DNA of 64,000 nucleotides, taken from Trueperaceae bacterium (GTDB lineage: Bacteria; Deinococcota; Deinococci; Deinococcales; Trueperaceae). A program made the position numbers and the translations under genes. This document shows positions 33,066 to 42,983 of the stretch, in pieces (the stretch's first letter is position 1; every line of letters begins with the position of its first letter). The stretch is from positions 1 through 64,000 of the forward strand of contig DASSXV010000052.1 in assembly GCA_035703635.1 (NCBI GenBank), written 5' to 3'. Below the pieces are notes generated by a model that saw only the letters and a list, made by a program, of their open reading frames with translations, was not told the origin of the DNA and did not search any database.

Positions 33066-35705
33066 ATGTCGTTCAGCCGCCTGTCAGTCGTCATGTTCCT
33101 GATCCTCGCGCCGCTAGTCGCCTTCGGGCAGGGCAACGTGCAAGGCAGACTCGTAGAGGTGCGCGTGACCGGCACCACCACCTACGCCGATATCGTCCGC
33201 ACGATCATCACTTCGCGCGTTGGCACGGACACCGCGAACATCGACCTAGAAGCCGAACGCAACCGGGTTTACAGCTTGGGCACGTTCGACTCGGTGACGC
33301 TGACCTACGAGTCATCCCCAGCCGGGCCTGTCCTCGTCATCGCAGTCAAAGAGAACCCGCGCGTAGGCGAGATCGAGTTTAGTGGCGCGGTGACGATCCC
33401 AGCCGCGACGCTGCTAGAGGCGCTGCGCGTTACTAACCTGCTCGAGCCAGGGCGCGTCTACAACACCACCCGCGCCGAGGAGGCGAAGGACACGATCCGC
33501 CAACTCTACCGCCAGGCTGGTTTCCCGTTCGACGTCGAAGTCGACCTCACGCTCACGCCCGCCCCGGACCTCGCAACCAACGCAGCCGAAGTCCCCGTGC
33601 GGCTCACGTACACCGTTGACGAGTCCGCCGCCATAACCAAGGCGGAGTTCGAGGGCAACACCGTGCTGTCGAACGCCGACCTGGCTAGCCTCTTCCAGGG
33701 TCTAGTGAAGGCCGGGGAGTTCGATCCCACCCTCTACTCCTCGACCGTGCAGGCAGTGAGCACGCGGTACTGGAACCTCGGCTACCGCGGCAGCGGGGTA
33801 GACCCGGCCACGACCACCCTCGAAGGCGGCGTGCTCAAGGTCGGCATCCTCGAACTTAGCATCGCGTCGATCGACACGACGGCGTTGGGCGTCGACCCCG
33901 CCGAGCTCAAGATCAAGCCGGGCGACCTCTTCAATTACGACACCCTCCTTAGCGAAGTGAAGCGCCTGGCACGCGGCCGCTCGTCCGACGTCCAGTTGCA
34001 AGCAGCCGTGTCGCCGACTGGCGGGGTACGCGTCACCTTCCGCCTCGGTGCGCCTGAGACGGCGGGCACGGTCGACGACATCGTCATCGAGGGCAACACC
34101 GTGCTCAGTGCAGAGGAGCTCGCCAAGGTCCTCAAGCTCGAAGTCGGCGATACGTTCACCTCCGTACTGGCGCAGGATGACTTCCAGAGCATCGTCCGCG
34201 CCTACCAGGCCGCCGGCTACCGCGTGGTGACGCGCCCTGACTTCTCTTACGACGACGGTACCTACGTGCAGCGCGTGACCGAGCTCAAGACGGCAGGCTA
34301 CGAGCTCCGCTATGACGGCGACCCAAGCTCAACGCGCGACACGGTCGTGACGCGCTACCTACCCAAGGTCGGTTCTGTGGTGTCAGACAAGCAGCTCGTA
34401 GAGGGGCTCAGGCAAGTCGCCTCCCTCGGCGTGGTCGACGTCATCACTTACGCGCTCGAGCCCGTCGAGGCGCCAGATGAAGCGCTCGTCGTCATCACGC
34501 TCGCCAAGCGCCAGACGGGCGAGCTGAGGCCAGCGGCAACGTACGCCACGGACACGGGCTTCTCAGGCAGCGTCGAGTACTCCGAGAAGAACTTCCTCGG
34601 CCTCGCCCACACAGTCAGCGCCGAGGTAGATGTCGTCAACACCGACATCGGCATCATGCTAGGTGGGCGGTTGAGTTACGCCATCCCCTGGCTCTACGTC
34701 GACGCGCTCGACTTCGAGGAAGTGCCGACCGCCATCAACTTCTCGCTCTTCAGCGTCGTCAACAACAACAACCCGCTGTCCGCCGCCAACCAGACGTCCA
34801 TCCTCTACCCGGGGCTAACTGACACGCCCGACAACTACGTGCGCGTCGGGGAGTACACGGTGCGCTCGAGCGGCTTGGGCTTCAGCGTCGGCCGGCCGAT
34901 CGCGCAGGACACTTACCTGCTAGTGAGCGCCAACGGCGCATATAACGACTACAAGCTCGAGCCGCCCATCGGCGACTGCGAGATCGTGGGCGGCGTCATC
35001 CAGAACCCGACGAAGTGCTCCGTCCCGAGCTCGTTCGCCGTTTCCTACCTGCCAACGAGCGGCCTGTCCGCGTTCACCGGCGCGCGCGTCACGTACGACT
35101 CGCGTAGCGACACGAACTTCCCGTCGGACGGCATGTCCGCGTACGGCGCTGCCGGCATCGGGTTCGGCAACGACTTCCTCGTGGGAGGCGCCCGCGCAGG
35201 GTACATGTACGAGCAGGTAGCGGCTGGCGTGCGCACCTACGTGAAGCTCGCGGACCTCATGCCGGGCGAGATCCAGGACGAGAGCCACGTCTTCGCGGTG
35301 CGGCTGGACGTCGGTCACCAGTTCGGCGGACTCTACCCGGAGAGCAAGCGCTTCACCGTTGGGCGCACGAACGACGTCGCCACGCAGATCCGCGGCTACA
35401 CCCTCGAGGACTTCGATCTCTCGCGCACCTACGCAACGGCCTCGTTCGAGTACCGCTACGACTTCGGACTGTCGACGGTTGCTACCCAGACGGTGATCGG
35501 CTTGGCCTTCGTCGACGTCGGCTGGGCGTCTGGGGTGCCGGAGTACGCCGAGTACGCCACGCCAGTGTTCGCGGGCGCCGGCCTCGGGGTGCAGGTCAAC
35601 CTCGGCTTCGGCGGGCTCATCTTGCCAGCCATCCGCCTCGATTACGCGTTCAGCGAACGCCACCCAACGGGCGTGTTCAGCTTCCGCGTTGGACCGGTGT
35701 TCTAA
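33066..35705 (+). CDS. bamA: Omp85/BamA outer-membrane protein assembly factor
   Basis: Signal peptide, repeated POTRA motifs (I.F.GN..L), EKNFLG barrel start, IRGY loop motif, C-terminal Phe; leaderless TAGACT-N6-ATG. Confidence 0.85.
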   Translation: MSFSRLSVVMFLILAPLVAFGQGNVQGRLVEVRVTGTTTYADIVRTIITSRVGTDTANIDLEAERNRVYSLGTFDSVTLTYESSPAGPVLVIAVKENPRVGEIEFSGAVTIPAATLLEALRVTNLLEPGRVYNTTRAEEAKDTIRQLYRQAGFPFDVEVDLTLTPAPDLATNAAEVPVRLTYTVDESAAITKAEFEGNTVLSNADLASLFQGLVKAGEFDPTLYSSTVQAVSTRYWNLGYRGSGVDPATTTLEGGVLKVGILELSIASIDTTALGVDPAELKIKPGDLFNYDTLLSEVKRLARGRSSDVQLQAAVSPTGGVRVTFRLGAPETAGTVDDIVIEGNTVLSAEELAKVLKLEVGDTFTSVLAQDDFQSIVRAYQAAGYRVVTRPDFSYDDGTYVQRVTELKTAGYELRYDGDPSSTRDTVVTRYLPKVGSVVSDKQLVEGLRQVASLGVVDVITYALEPVEAPDEALVVITLAKRQTGELRPAATYATDTGFSGSVEYSEKNFLGLAHTVSAEVDVVNTDIGIMLGGRLSYAIPWLYVDALDFEEVPTAINFSLFSVVNNNNPLSAANQTSILYPGLTDTPDNYVRVGEYTVRSSGLGFSVGRPIAQDTYLLVSANGAYNDYKLEPPIGDCEIVGGVIQNPTKCSVPSSFAVSYLPTSGLSAFTGARVTYDSRSDTNFPSDGMSAYGAAGIGFGNDFLVGGARAGYMYEQVAAGVRTYVKLADLMPGEIQDESHVFAVRLDVGHQFGGLYPESKRFTVGRTNDVATQIRGYTLEDFDLSRTYATASFEYRYDFGLSTVATQTVIGLAFVDVGWASGVPEYAEYATPVFAGAGLGVQVNLGFGGLILPAIRLDYAFSERHPTGVFSFRVGPVF

Positions 35706-35717
35706 GGCGCGGCGGCG

Positions 35718-36335
35718 TCAGGAGCCAGCGATCTCGGTTAGTAACTCGGGATCCTGGATGCTCAGCTTGGCGTACCCGGCCCGCAGCGCTCCGGCGCGGA
35801 CCAGCTCGCCTATGACTTTGGTGACGGTCTCGCGCACGGAGCCGACCGCTGCGGCTAGTTCGTCGTGCGTCATGCGCACGGTGGCCACTCCGTCTGCGTT
35901 GCGGGTCGCTAGCGCCGAGTCGGCTAGTTCGAGGAGTTCCGCCGCCACGCGCGCCTTCAGTGGTTTGCTTGCCAGGCGCAACACTGAGCGGTTCATGCGG
36001 TCTAGGGCCAGCGCTAGATCTACCGCGAAGGCGCGCAACTCGCTTGGAGTCAGCCTCTGCGGATCGCTGCGCACGGTGCTGGCCTCGGTGACCGCCTCGG
36101 CGAAGTAGCGGCGCTGCTTGCCCGTGATGGCTTCCTCGCCGAAGTACCCGCCCGGCTTGACGTAACGCAACGTGGCGCCGAAGCCAGCGTCATCGACGGT
36201 GTGCAGCCGCACCAATCCGGATACGACTTGGTAAAGCTCGCTCGGTGGACCAGGGAAAAGCAGGACGTCGCCTGCCGCGTAATGCCTGGACCCCACCAAC
36301 GCCTGCTGCCTGACTGCTTCTGTACCGCCACTCAC
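35718..36335 (-). CDS. ddrI: Crp/Fnr-family regulator, DdrI/SdrP-like
   Basis: SGLVRLHT.DD.G...TLRYVKPG.YFGEEA, THDELAAAVGSVRETVTK HTH match Deinococcus DdrI as recalled; GTG 36335 after GAGAGG gives about 205 aa (alternative start 36365). Confidence 0.85.
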   Translation of the reverse strand: MSGGTEAVRQQALVGSRHYAAGDVLLFPGPPSELYQVVSGLVRLHTVDDAGFGATLRYVKPGGYFGEEAITGKQRRYFAEAVTEASTVRSDPQRLTPSELRAFAVDLALALDRMNRSVLRLASKPLKARVAAELLELADSALATRNADGVATVRMTHDELAAAVGSVRETVTKVIGELVRAGALRAGYAKLSIQDPELLTEIAGS

Positions 36336-36462
36336 GGGCTCTAGCCTCTCAGAGCGCGCTTTCACATGGTGCCCGCGCTCGCCTCGCAACTGTGAGGATA
36401 GACCCACATTCGCTTGGCGTCCGCGTCGTGGCGCACGTCCGTGCATGGTTAGGCGGCGCAGG

Positions 36463-37548
36463 TCAGACGTTGAAGAGGAAGTTCATGACGTCGCCGTCCT
36501 TGACGACGTACTCCTTGCCCTCCACCCGCAGTTTGCCCTTGGCGCGGGCGTTGGCGATGCTGCCTGCCTCTATGAGGTCCTCGTAACTGACGACCTCCGC
36601 GCGGATGAAGCCGCGCTCGAAGTCGGAATGTATCTCACCCGCCGCCTGCGGCGCCTTGCTGCCCGCCTTCACGGTCCAGGCGCGCACTTCCTTCTCGCCA
36701 GCCGTCAGGAAGGTAAGGAGACCGAGGGTGTGATACCCGGTCCGGATGAGGCGTTCGAGGCCCGGCTTGTCCAACCCCATGTCCGCGAGGAACGCTTGGG
36801 CTTCCTCGGGTTCGAGTTGCGCCAGCTCCTCCTCGATGCGAGCGGATATGACGACGACGTCTGCGTTCTCGACCTTGGCGTGCTCCTGCACGAGCTTCAC
36901 GTAACTATTGCCACCCACAACGTCCGACTCCGCCACGTTGCACACGTAGATGACGGGCTTGGCGGTTAGCAAGCCGCTGTCGTTCGGCAGTTCGAGCCCT
37001 GAGCGGCGAGCTGGTTGGCCAGCGTTCAACTGCTTGAGGACTTCCTCGAGGGGCGCTATCAGCGCGGCGTCGTCAGGATTGCTCTTGGCGCTGCGCCGAA
37101 CGCGCTCGAGGCGGCGCTCCAGCGTCGCGATGTCGGCCAGGATGAGTTCCGTGTCGATGACTTCGATGTCGGCGAGGGGATCGACTTTGCCAGCCACGTG
37201 CACGACGTTGTCGTCCTCGAAGCAACGCACCACGTGCGCGATGGCCGCGACCTCGCGGATATGTGAGAGGAACTGGTTGCCTAGCCCCTCACCTTTGTGA
37301 GCGCCGCGCACGAGGCCGGCGATGTCGACGAACTCCATGTGGGTCGGCACGATCACGGGCACGCGCGTGCCCTTGGTGTTCTGGCGCTGCAGCACGGCAA
37401 GGCGCTCGTCTGGCACGCTCACGGCGCCGATGTTCTTGTCTATGGTGGCGAACGGGTAGTTCGCGGCCTCCACACCAGCCCGGGTGATGGCGTTGAACAG
37501 CGTGCTCTTGCCGACGTTTGGCAAGCCGACGATACCTATGGCGAGCAT
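36463..37548 (-). CDS. ychF: Ribosome-binding ATPase YchF
   Basis: [55 protein letters not shown]. Confidence 0.97.
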   Translation of the reverse strand: MLAIGIVGLPNVGKSTLFNAITRAGVEAANYPFATIDKNIGAVSVPDERLAVLQRQNTKGTRVPVIVPTHMEFVDIAGLVRGAHKGEGLGNQFLSHIREVAAIAHVVRCFEDDNVVHVAGKVDPLADIEVIDTELILADIATLERRLERVRRSAKSNPDDAALIAPLEEVLKQLNAGQPARRSGLELPNDSGLLTAKPVIYVCNVAESDVVGGNSYVKLVQEHAKVENADVVVISARIEEELAQLEPEEAQAFLADMGLDKPGLERLIRTGYHTLGLLTFLTAGEKEVRAWTVKAGSKAPQAAGEIHSDFERGFIRAEVVSYEDLIEAGSIANARAKGKLRVEGKEYVVKDGDVMNFLFNV

Positions 37549-37627
37549 TGTTCTCCTAAACGCGGCCGCCATGGCTGGGGGCCGTAGTTGCGTCTGTGAC
37601 GCTCTCGGTAAGTGATAGAGTGCGCCC

Positions 37628-38686
37628 GTGAAGCAGGCGTTGACTACCAACCAAGTAACTTACCAGACGGCGCGGCGGGGGGGCGGTAAGCCCACGAAGG
37701 TCGCCTTGATCGGCGCTGGCACCGTCGGTGAAGAAGTAGTGCGCTTGCTGCGCAACAGACCCGAGTTCGAACTCGTGGGAGTACTCGTCCGCGACGCCGC
37801 GAGGGAGCGCGCCTTCACAGGCTGGCAGGAACTCGTCACTACGAACGAAGACGTGCTGGCCGGCGTCGATGTTCTCGTCGAGGTGGCAGGCGGCACCGGT
37901 AACGCCGCCGACCTTTCCCTGCGACACCTAGCCGCAGGCAAGCAGCTGGTGACTGCCAACAAGGCCGCGCTGGCCGAGCGCTGGGCGGAGTACTTGCCTC
38001 ATGCCGAGGAAGGCCGTGTTCACTTCGAGGCCGCCGTCATGGCGGGCACGCCAGCCGTTGGCGTGCTAGCCGGTGCTCTGCGCGGCTCCGCGCCGGTGAG
38101 CCTGCACGCCGTGCTGAACGGCACCTGCAACGTCATCCTGGCGATGATGGACGAGGGCAGCAGCTTCGCGGCCGCGTTGGCCGAGGCGCAGCGCCTCGGC
38201 TTCGCGGAAGCCGATCCGACGCTCGACGTCGGCGGCTTCGACGCGGCGCACAAGCTCACCGTTCTCGGTCGACTCGCTTTCGATCCCGCCCTCACGTGGG
38301 AGGTGGTCCGTGGGGCCACGCGCGGCATCTCCGACCTTACCGAGCAGACGCTCGCCGCGCAGGCGCAGCGGGGCCGCAGGGTGCGCCTCATCGGGAGCAT
38401 CGTGGCGAACTCGGGACGGTGGGAGGCGCGGGTCCGCCCCGTTTCCTTGCCGGTTGGCCACCCGTTGCTCACGACCGGCGGCACCAACGCCCTCCTCTTC
38501 ACAGGCGACCCGGTCGGCACGGTCTACGTGCGCGGGGCTGGGGCGGGCGGCGGCTCGACGGCAAGCGGCGTGCTCGCCGACATGTTGACGGCGGCTGCGG
38601 GCAGCAGCGGCCCAAGACCGCTTGCTAGCGCCGCGCCGGTGCCACTAACGGCCAGCGAGGCGAGCGACGGGGTAGAAGAACTGTGA
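37628..38686 (+). CDS. hom: Homoserine dehydrogenase (no ACT domain)
   Basis: IGAGTVG, VTANKA, EAAVMAGTP, LNGTCN, AEADPTLDVGG.DAAHK, GAGG..TA; TAGAGT-N6-GTG. Confidence 0.95.
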   Translation: MKQALTTNQVTYQTARRGGGKPTKVALIGAGTVGEEVVRLLRNRPEFELVGVLVRDAARERAFTGWQELVTTNEDVLAGVDVLVEVAGGTGNAADLSLRHLAAGKQLVTANKAALAERWAEYLPHAEEGRVHFEAAVMAGTPAVGVLAGALRGSAPVSLHAVLNGTCNVILAMMDEGSSFAAALAEAQRLGFAEADPTLDVGGFDAAHKLTVLGRLAFDPALTWEVVRGATRGISDLTEQTLAAQAQRGRRVRLIGSIVANSGRWEARVRPVSLPVGHPLLTTGGTNALLFTGDPVGTVYVRGAGAGGGSTASGVLADMLTAAAGSSGPRPLASAAPVPLTASEASDGVEEL

Positions 38687-39975
38687 TGCGTTACCGCAGC
38701 ACGCGCGGCGGGCCGGAAGTAGCGTTCGAGGACGGTGTACTGGCCGGTTTAGCGCCAGACGGCGGCCTCTACTGGCCGACGCAACTGCCGCCGTTGCCCC
38801 TCGGTTGGGAGACGGCAAGCAGCCCGGCTGACCTCGCCAAGCTCGTCCTGCCCGCATACATGGGTGAGGAGGCGGCTGCCGCAGTCGCCGACGGCCTCGA
38901 CTTCCCGTGGCCCGTAACCAGGCTGCCAGACGACGTCTTCGTGCTCGAGCTCTTCCACGGGCCAACCGCTGCCTTCAAGGACGTCGGCGCGCGCTCCCTC
39001 GCACGCGCCATGCAAGCAGCGCTCGCTCGGCGCGGCGAACGCGTCACGGTGCTCGTCGCTACCTCGGGTGACACGGGCAGCGCCGTGGCGGACGCCTTCG
39101 CGGGCCTCGACCGCGTGCGGGTGGCGGTCCTCTACCCGGCAGGCGGCGTAAGCAACGTGCAAGAGGAACAGCTGACGGCCAGGCGTGACGGCGTACGCGC
39201 GTTCGCGGTGGACGGTACCTTCGACGACTGTCAGCGGCTCGTTAAAGCCGCCTTCGGCGACCCGTCCCTCGCCGACCTGCGCTTGTCATCGGCCAACTCC
39301 ATCAACATCGGCCGGCTCCTACCTCAAGCGCTCTACTACCTGTGGGGAGCTGCCCGCGTGTGGGAAGACCTCGGGCGCCACGCGCCGCTCGAAGTCGTGG
39401 TGCCAAGCGGCAACTTGGGTAACTTGACGGCCGGACTCCTGGCGGCCGAGACGGGCCTCGACGCAGCAGGCTTCTTGGCGGCGCACAACCGCAACGACTT
39501 CTTTCCCCGCTTCCTAGCTGGCGAGGTCGAAGCGTTCGACTTCGCCGCCAGCGTGGCCACGCCCTCCAACGCCATGGACGTAGGCGCGCCATCGAACTTC
39601 GAGCGCCTCTACTCGTGGCTGGGTGAGGGTCTGAGGCGGCGCGTCGTAGGTTGCCGCGTTGGTGACGCCGCCACCCTCGAGCGCATGCGCGAGACGGCCG
39701 CCGCCAGCGACTACCTGGTCTGCCCGCACACTGCCGTCGGCCTCGAGGCGTTGCAGCGCCTGCGCGCCAGCACGCCAGCCACGGCCGCGGTGCCCGCGCT
39801 AGTTCTGGCCACGGCGCACCCCGCGAAGTTCCCTGATGCGGTGATCGAGGCGACGGGCCGGCGCCCAGCGGTGCCAGCTAGCCTTGAACGCTTCGCCGAG
39901 GCGCCGAAACGCGTCGAACCGTTAGCGCCGGTAGCGGCCGCGCTAAGCGCCGCGCTGCTTGCCTGGCGCGACTAA
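38686..39975 (+). CDS. thrC: Threonine synthase
   Basis: YRSTRG, GLAPDGGL, ELFHGPTAAFKD, ATSGDTG, NSINIGR, PSGNLGN, TAHPAKF; TGATG overlap. Confidence 0.96.
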   Translation: MRYRSTRGGPEVAFEDGVLAGLAPDGGLYWPTQLPPLPLGWETASSPADLAKLVLPAYMGEEAAAAVADGLDFPWPVTRLPDDVFVLELFHGPTAAFKDVGARSLARAMQAALARRGERVTVLVATSGDTGSAVADAFAGLDRVRVAVLYPAGGVSNVQEEQLTARRDGVRAFAVDGTFDDCQRLVKAAFGDPSLADLRLSSANSINIGRLLPQALYYLWGAARVWEDLGRHAPLEVVVPSGNLGNLTAGLLAAETGLDAAGFLAAHNRNDFFPRFLAGEVEAFDFAASVATPSNAMDVGAPSNFERLYSWLGEGLRRRVVGCRVGDAATLERMRETAAASDYLVCPHTAVGLEALQRLRASTPATAAVPALVLATAHPAKFPDAVIEATGRRPAVPASLERFAEAPKRVEPLAPVAAALSAALLAWRD

Positions 39976-40035
39976 CGCCGCACGCTGGCGCGGCCCCGCG
40001 CGGCCCCAACTAATGCGCTCCCTACGCCAGCGCTG

Positions 40036-40908
40036 CTAGCGCCTGAGAGCGAACGGCCCCTGCTCGTCGTCGCCCAAGTGCACGACCTTCAACTCGCGCA
40101 TGAGCTTCACTAGGTGCGCGAGCACGCTCTGCTCGGCAAGGGCGAGGACGGCCTCCGGGTACCCGGGGTACACGCGCCGCGTGATCTCCGCCGCCGTCGC
40201 GCTGCCCTTCGTTAGGGCGCCGAGCACCTGAGCTTCGCGCTCCAAGCGGTGCGCGGCCAGCTCCCGCAGGCGCTCCGCTGGGTTCGTTATCAGCGGGCCG
40301 TGGCCCGGCGCGAGAACGGGCGCGTTCGTGTGCTCCAGGCGCACTAGGGTGGTGAGGTACGCTTCGACGTCGCCTTCTGGCAGCCCTACCCACACCGACC
40401 CAGTCGCTACGGCCAGGTCGCCGACTATGGCCGCCTCTGGCGCCCCACCGGCCGGGCCCGTGACGAGGAACGAGAGGTGGCCTTGGCTATGCCCCGGGGT
40501 GTGCAGCGCCGTTACGGTGACGTCGCCGACGGTGACGACGCGGCCGTCCGCCAGATAGGTCGTGCTCCACGCCGTCACGTTGCTCGCTTCGGCGGCGTGC
40601 ACGAGCACGGGCGGCGGGTCGCCGTTGCGGACGGCCTCGTAGTCGAGGAGCTGTTGCACGCCGCCGGTATGGTCCGGGTGCGTATGCGTGAGCGCAACGG
40701 CCTTGACGAGGCGCGCGTCGGCTTGAGTCAAGGCGCTCTGGAGGAGCGCTTGGGCTTTCGGTTCGTCAGAACCAGGATCGACGACTACGGCGACGCCGCC
40801 TTGCGCGATCACGTACGCGTTCACGTGGTCGTATGGCGGCAGCGTGGCGCATGGTAGTTCGACGCGCCACACGTGTTCGCTCACGCGTTCAATGGCGGGC
40901 ACAGTCAC
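40036..40908 (-). CDS. Metallo-beta-lactamase fold hydrolase (LACTB2-like, winged-helix C-terminus)
   Basis: THTHPDHTGG, TPGHS..H, GD, PGHG, AHLVKL. Confidence 0.88.
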   Translation of the reverse strand: MTVPAIERVSEHVWRVELPCATLPPYDHVNAYVIAQGGVAVVVDPGSDEPKAQALLQSALTQADARLVKAVALTHTHPDHTGGVQQLLDYEAVRNGDPPPVLVHAAEASNVTAWSTTYLADGRVVTVGDVTVTALHTPGHSQGHLSFLVTGPAGGAPEAAIVGDLAVATGSVWVGLPEGDVEAYLTTLVRLEHTNAPVLAPGHGPLITNPAERLRELAAHRLEREAQVLGALTKGSATAAEITRRVYPGYPEAVLALAEQSVLAHLVKLMRELKVVHLGDDEQGPFALRR

Positions 40909-41961
40909 TCACTCCTCTCGCTGGTCGATAAGGTATGCGATAGCCGCGTCTAACGCGGTTGCGGACGAGCTTTCTACGTCGGGGACGACTCCTCGGCCCT
41001 CCCAGGTCGGGCCGCCGATGGGGGCGAGCACGCCCGTCGCGATCCAGGCCTGTGAACCGTCGCGCAGGCAGAACGGCAGGAGCGCCTCGACGTTGCCTGC
41101 GCTCTGCTCTCCGAAGACGGTGGCGCGCCCGCGTAACTGTAGGGCGCCCGCTAGGCCCTCTGCTGCGCTGTTCACGCCGCCATCGATGAGCACGGCTAGC
41201 GGCAGGTCGGTCTGCGCTAAGCCGATGGCCGGGTACGGCATCGGCAAGGTCCAGCTCGTGATGGCCCGCCACAAGAAGCCGCGGGTGAACACGCCAGCGA
41301 CCTGCATCATCGTCACTAGCCGACCGCCCGGATTGCCGCGCAAGTCTAGGACTAATGACCAGGCGCCGGCCTCCTCGAGGTCGGTCACGGCGACGCGCAC
41401 TGCTTCTGCCGCGCCGTCGCTCGCCAAGTCTGGCAGGCGCACGTAACCAACGCCACCGTCCGTTAGCCCGTAGCTGACGTTGGCGACGTGACCTTCACCG
41501 CTGAGGGCGTAACCGTCCGCCTGCAACCGCAGCAGTCTGTTCCAACTGCCTGCCGCCAACGCCTGGTTGAGGGCGGGGAGCGTCGCCCCACTACCGAGCA
41601 CCATGATGCAAGGCAGGTCGCCATACTCGGCCCTCACCTTGGCAACCTTGGCTGGCGGCACGAACACGGAGTGGTCGTCGCCCAGCAGGGAGTACATCTC
41701 CTCGAGGACCTCGTAGAGGCCAGCGTCGTCAGTGGCAGCTAGCGCGCGTGGCCGGTACGCGTCGCGCACCGCTTGCCAGTCGACGCCGGTGCGCTCGATA
41801 TGCCAGTAGCGCGTGGCGACGAGGTTCCAGGCGGTATCGAAGCGTTCCGCGAACCCTTGACCCTGCGCCATGGCGGTGCCGCCAACGACGGCGAGCAGTA
41901 GAAAGACGAGCGCGGCGCGTACCGAGGCGGCCCGCCGCACCCTTCCTTCAGGCCGGCGCAT
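40909..41961 (-). CDS. S41-family secreted peptidase
   Basis: Signal peptide, LGDDHS, GYVRL, LDLRGNPGG, SAAE catalytic Ser, GVVPD. Confidence 0.88.
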   Translation of the reverse strand: MRRPEGRVRRAASVRAALVFLLLAVVGGTAMAQGQGFAERFDTAWNLVATRYWHIERTGVDWQAVRDAYRPRALAATDDAGLYEVLEEMYSLLGDDHSVFVPPAKVAKVRAEYGDLPCIMVLGSGATLPALNQALAAGSWNRLLRLQADGYALSGEGHVANVSYGLTDGGVGYVRLPDLASDGAAEAVRVAVTDLEEAGAWSLVLDLRGNPGGRLVTMMQVAGVFTRGFLWRAITSWTLPMPYPAIGLAQTDLPLAVLIDGGVNSAAEGLAGALQLRGRATVFGEQSAGNVEALLPFCLRDGSQAWIATGVLAPIGGPTWEGRGVVPDVESSSATALDAAIAYLIDQREE

Positions 41962-42892
41962 CGGCCAGCACCGCTGCGTGACGCATCAGCGTTTCCTCAT
42001 CGATCGTTAGGCCTTGCGCCCCGACGACCGTGGTGTTGAGCGCCCCTGCCACGTTGCCGTAGCGCGCGGCCCAGTGCATGTCGTGTCCGGCCATGATGGC
42101 GTGCGCGAACGCCGCCGTGTAGTAGTCGCCTGCGCCCGTCGAGTCGACCACGCTGTCTATCTCATGCGCCTCGATCAGCTCGTTGCTCTCTGAGTTGATG
42201 ACGATGGAGCCCATGGCGCCGACCTTGACGACTAACTGCTCGATGCCGGCGTCACGTAAGTCGTGCACGGCCTCCGAGATCGACGTGCGGCCAGTGAGGA
42301 GGTAAAGCTCGTGCTCGTTCATGAGCCAGTAATCCACGCCGCTGAGGACGGAGATCAGGCGGTGCTGCATGGCCTTCACGGCGCCTGTGCCCAAGTCGAC
42401 GAAGGTAGTGAGCTTGTGCTTGCGCGCGTACGCGAGCGCCTGAAGCGCGTACTCCTTCTGCGGTCCGCTGATCAGACTGTACGCGCTCATCACGAGGGCG
42501 TCGCAGGCGGCAACGTCCGACTCCTTCAGTTCCGCGGAGTCGAGGTGGCGGCTGGCGCCGGCTGCGCTGACCATGGTGCGCTGCGCGTCCGGGGTGATGA
42601 GGAGCATGATCGAGCTCGTTTGGAGGTCTGGGTCGTGCTGGACGAGGCTGGTATCGACGCCTGCAGCGACGATATTGCGTAGCGCCAATGCCGAGAACGG
42701 CCCGCTCCCTACGCGCGTGGCGATGCGAGTCGGGTTGCCGAGCTGCGCGAGGACGGCGGCCACCGTGCCGCCAGAGCCGCCTGGCTCCATTACGGCACGT
42801 ATAGCTTGGACTTCGCCGCCGTGTTCGGGGAAGTCGTTGACGAAGTACATCTGATCGACAGTTGCGTCGCCGACCACGAAGAAGTGGGCCAT
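41948..42892 (-). CDS. PfkB-family carbohydrate/nucleoside kinase
   Basis: VGD..D, PGGSG, NEHE, VKVG..G, VDSTGAGD. Confidence 0.92.
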   Translation of the reverse strand: MAHFFVVGDATVDQMYFVNDFPEHGGEVQAIRAVMEPGGSGGTVAAVLAQLGNPTRIATRVGSGPFSALALRNIVAAGVDTSLVQHDPDLQTSSIMLLITPDAQRTMVSAAGASRHLDSAELKESDVAACDALVMSAYSLISGPQKEYALQALAYARKHKLTTFVDLGTGAVKAMQHRLISVLSGVDYWLMNEHELYLLTGRTSISEAVHDLRDAGIEQLVVKVGAMGSIVINSESNELIEAHEIDSVVDSTGAGDYYTAAFAHAIMAGHDMHWAARYGNVAGALNTTVVGAQGLTIDEETLMRHAAVLADAPA

Positions 42893-42983
42893 TCGTTAAT
42901 TCGCTCCTACCGACACAGCCGGGCCAGCGTGATGCCGGGGCCGCCGGGAAGATGTTGTTGCTTAGGTCAGTATACTCACCACT

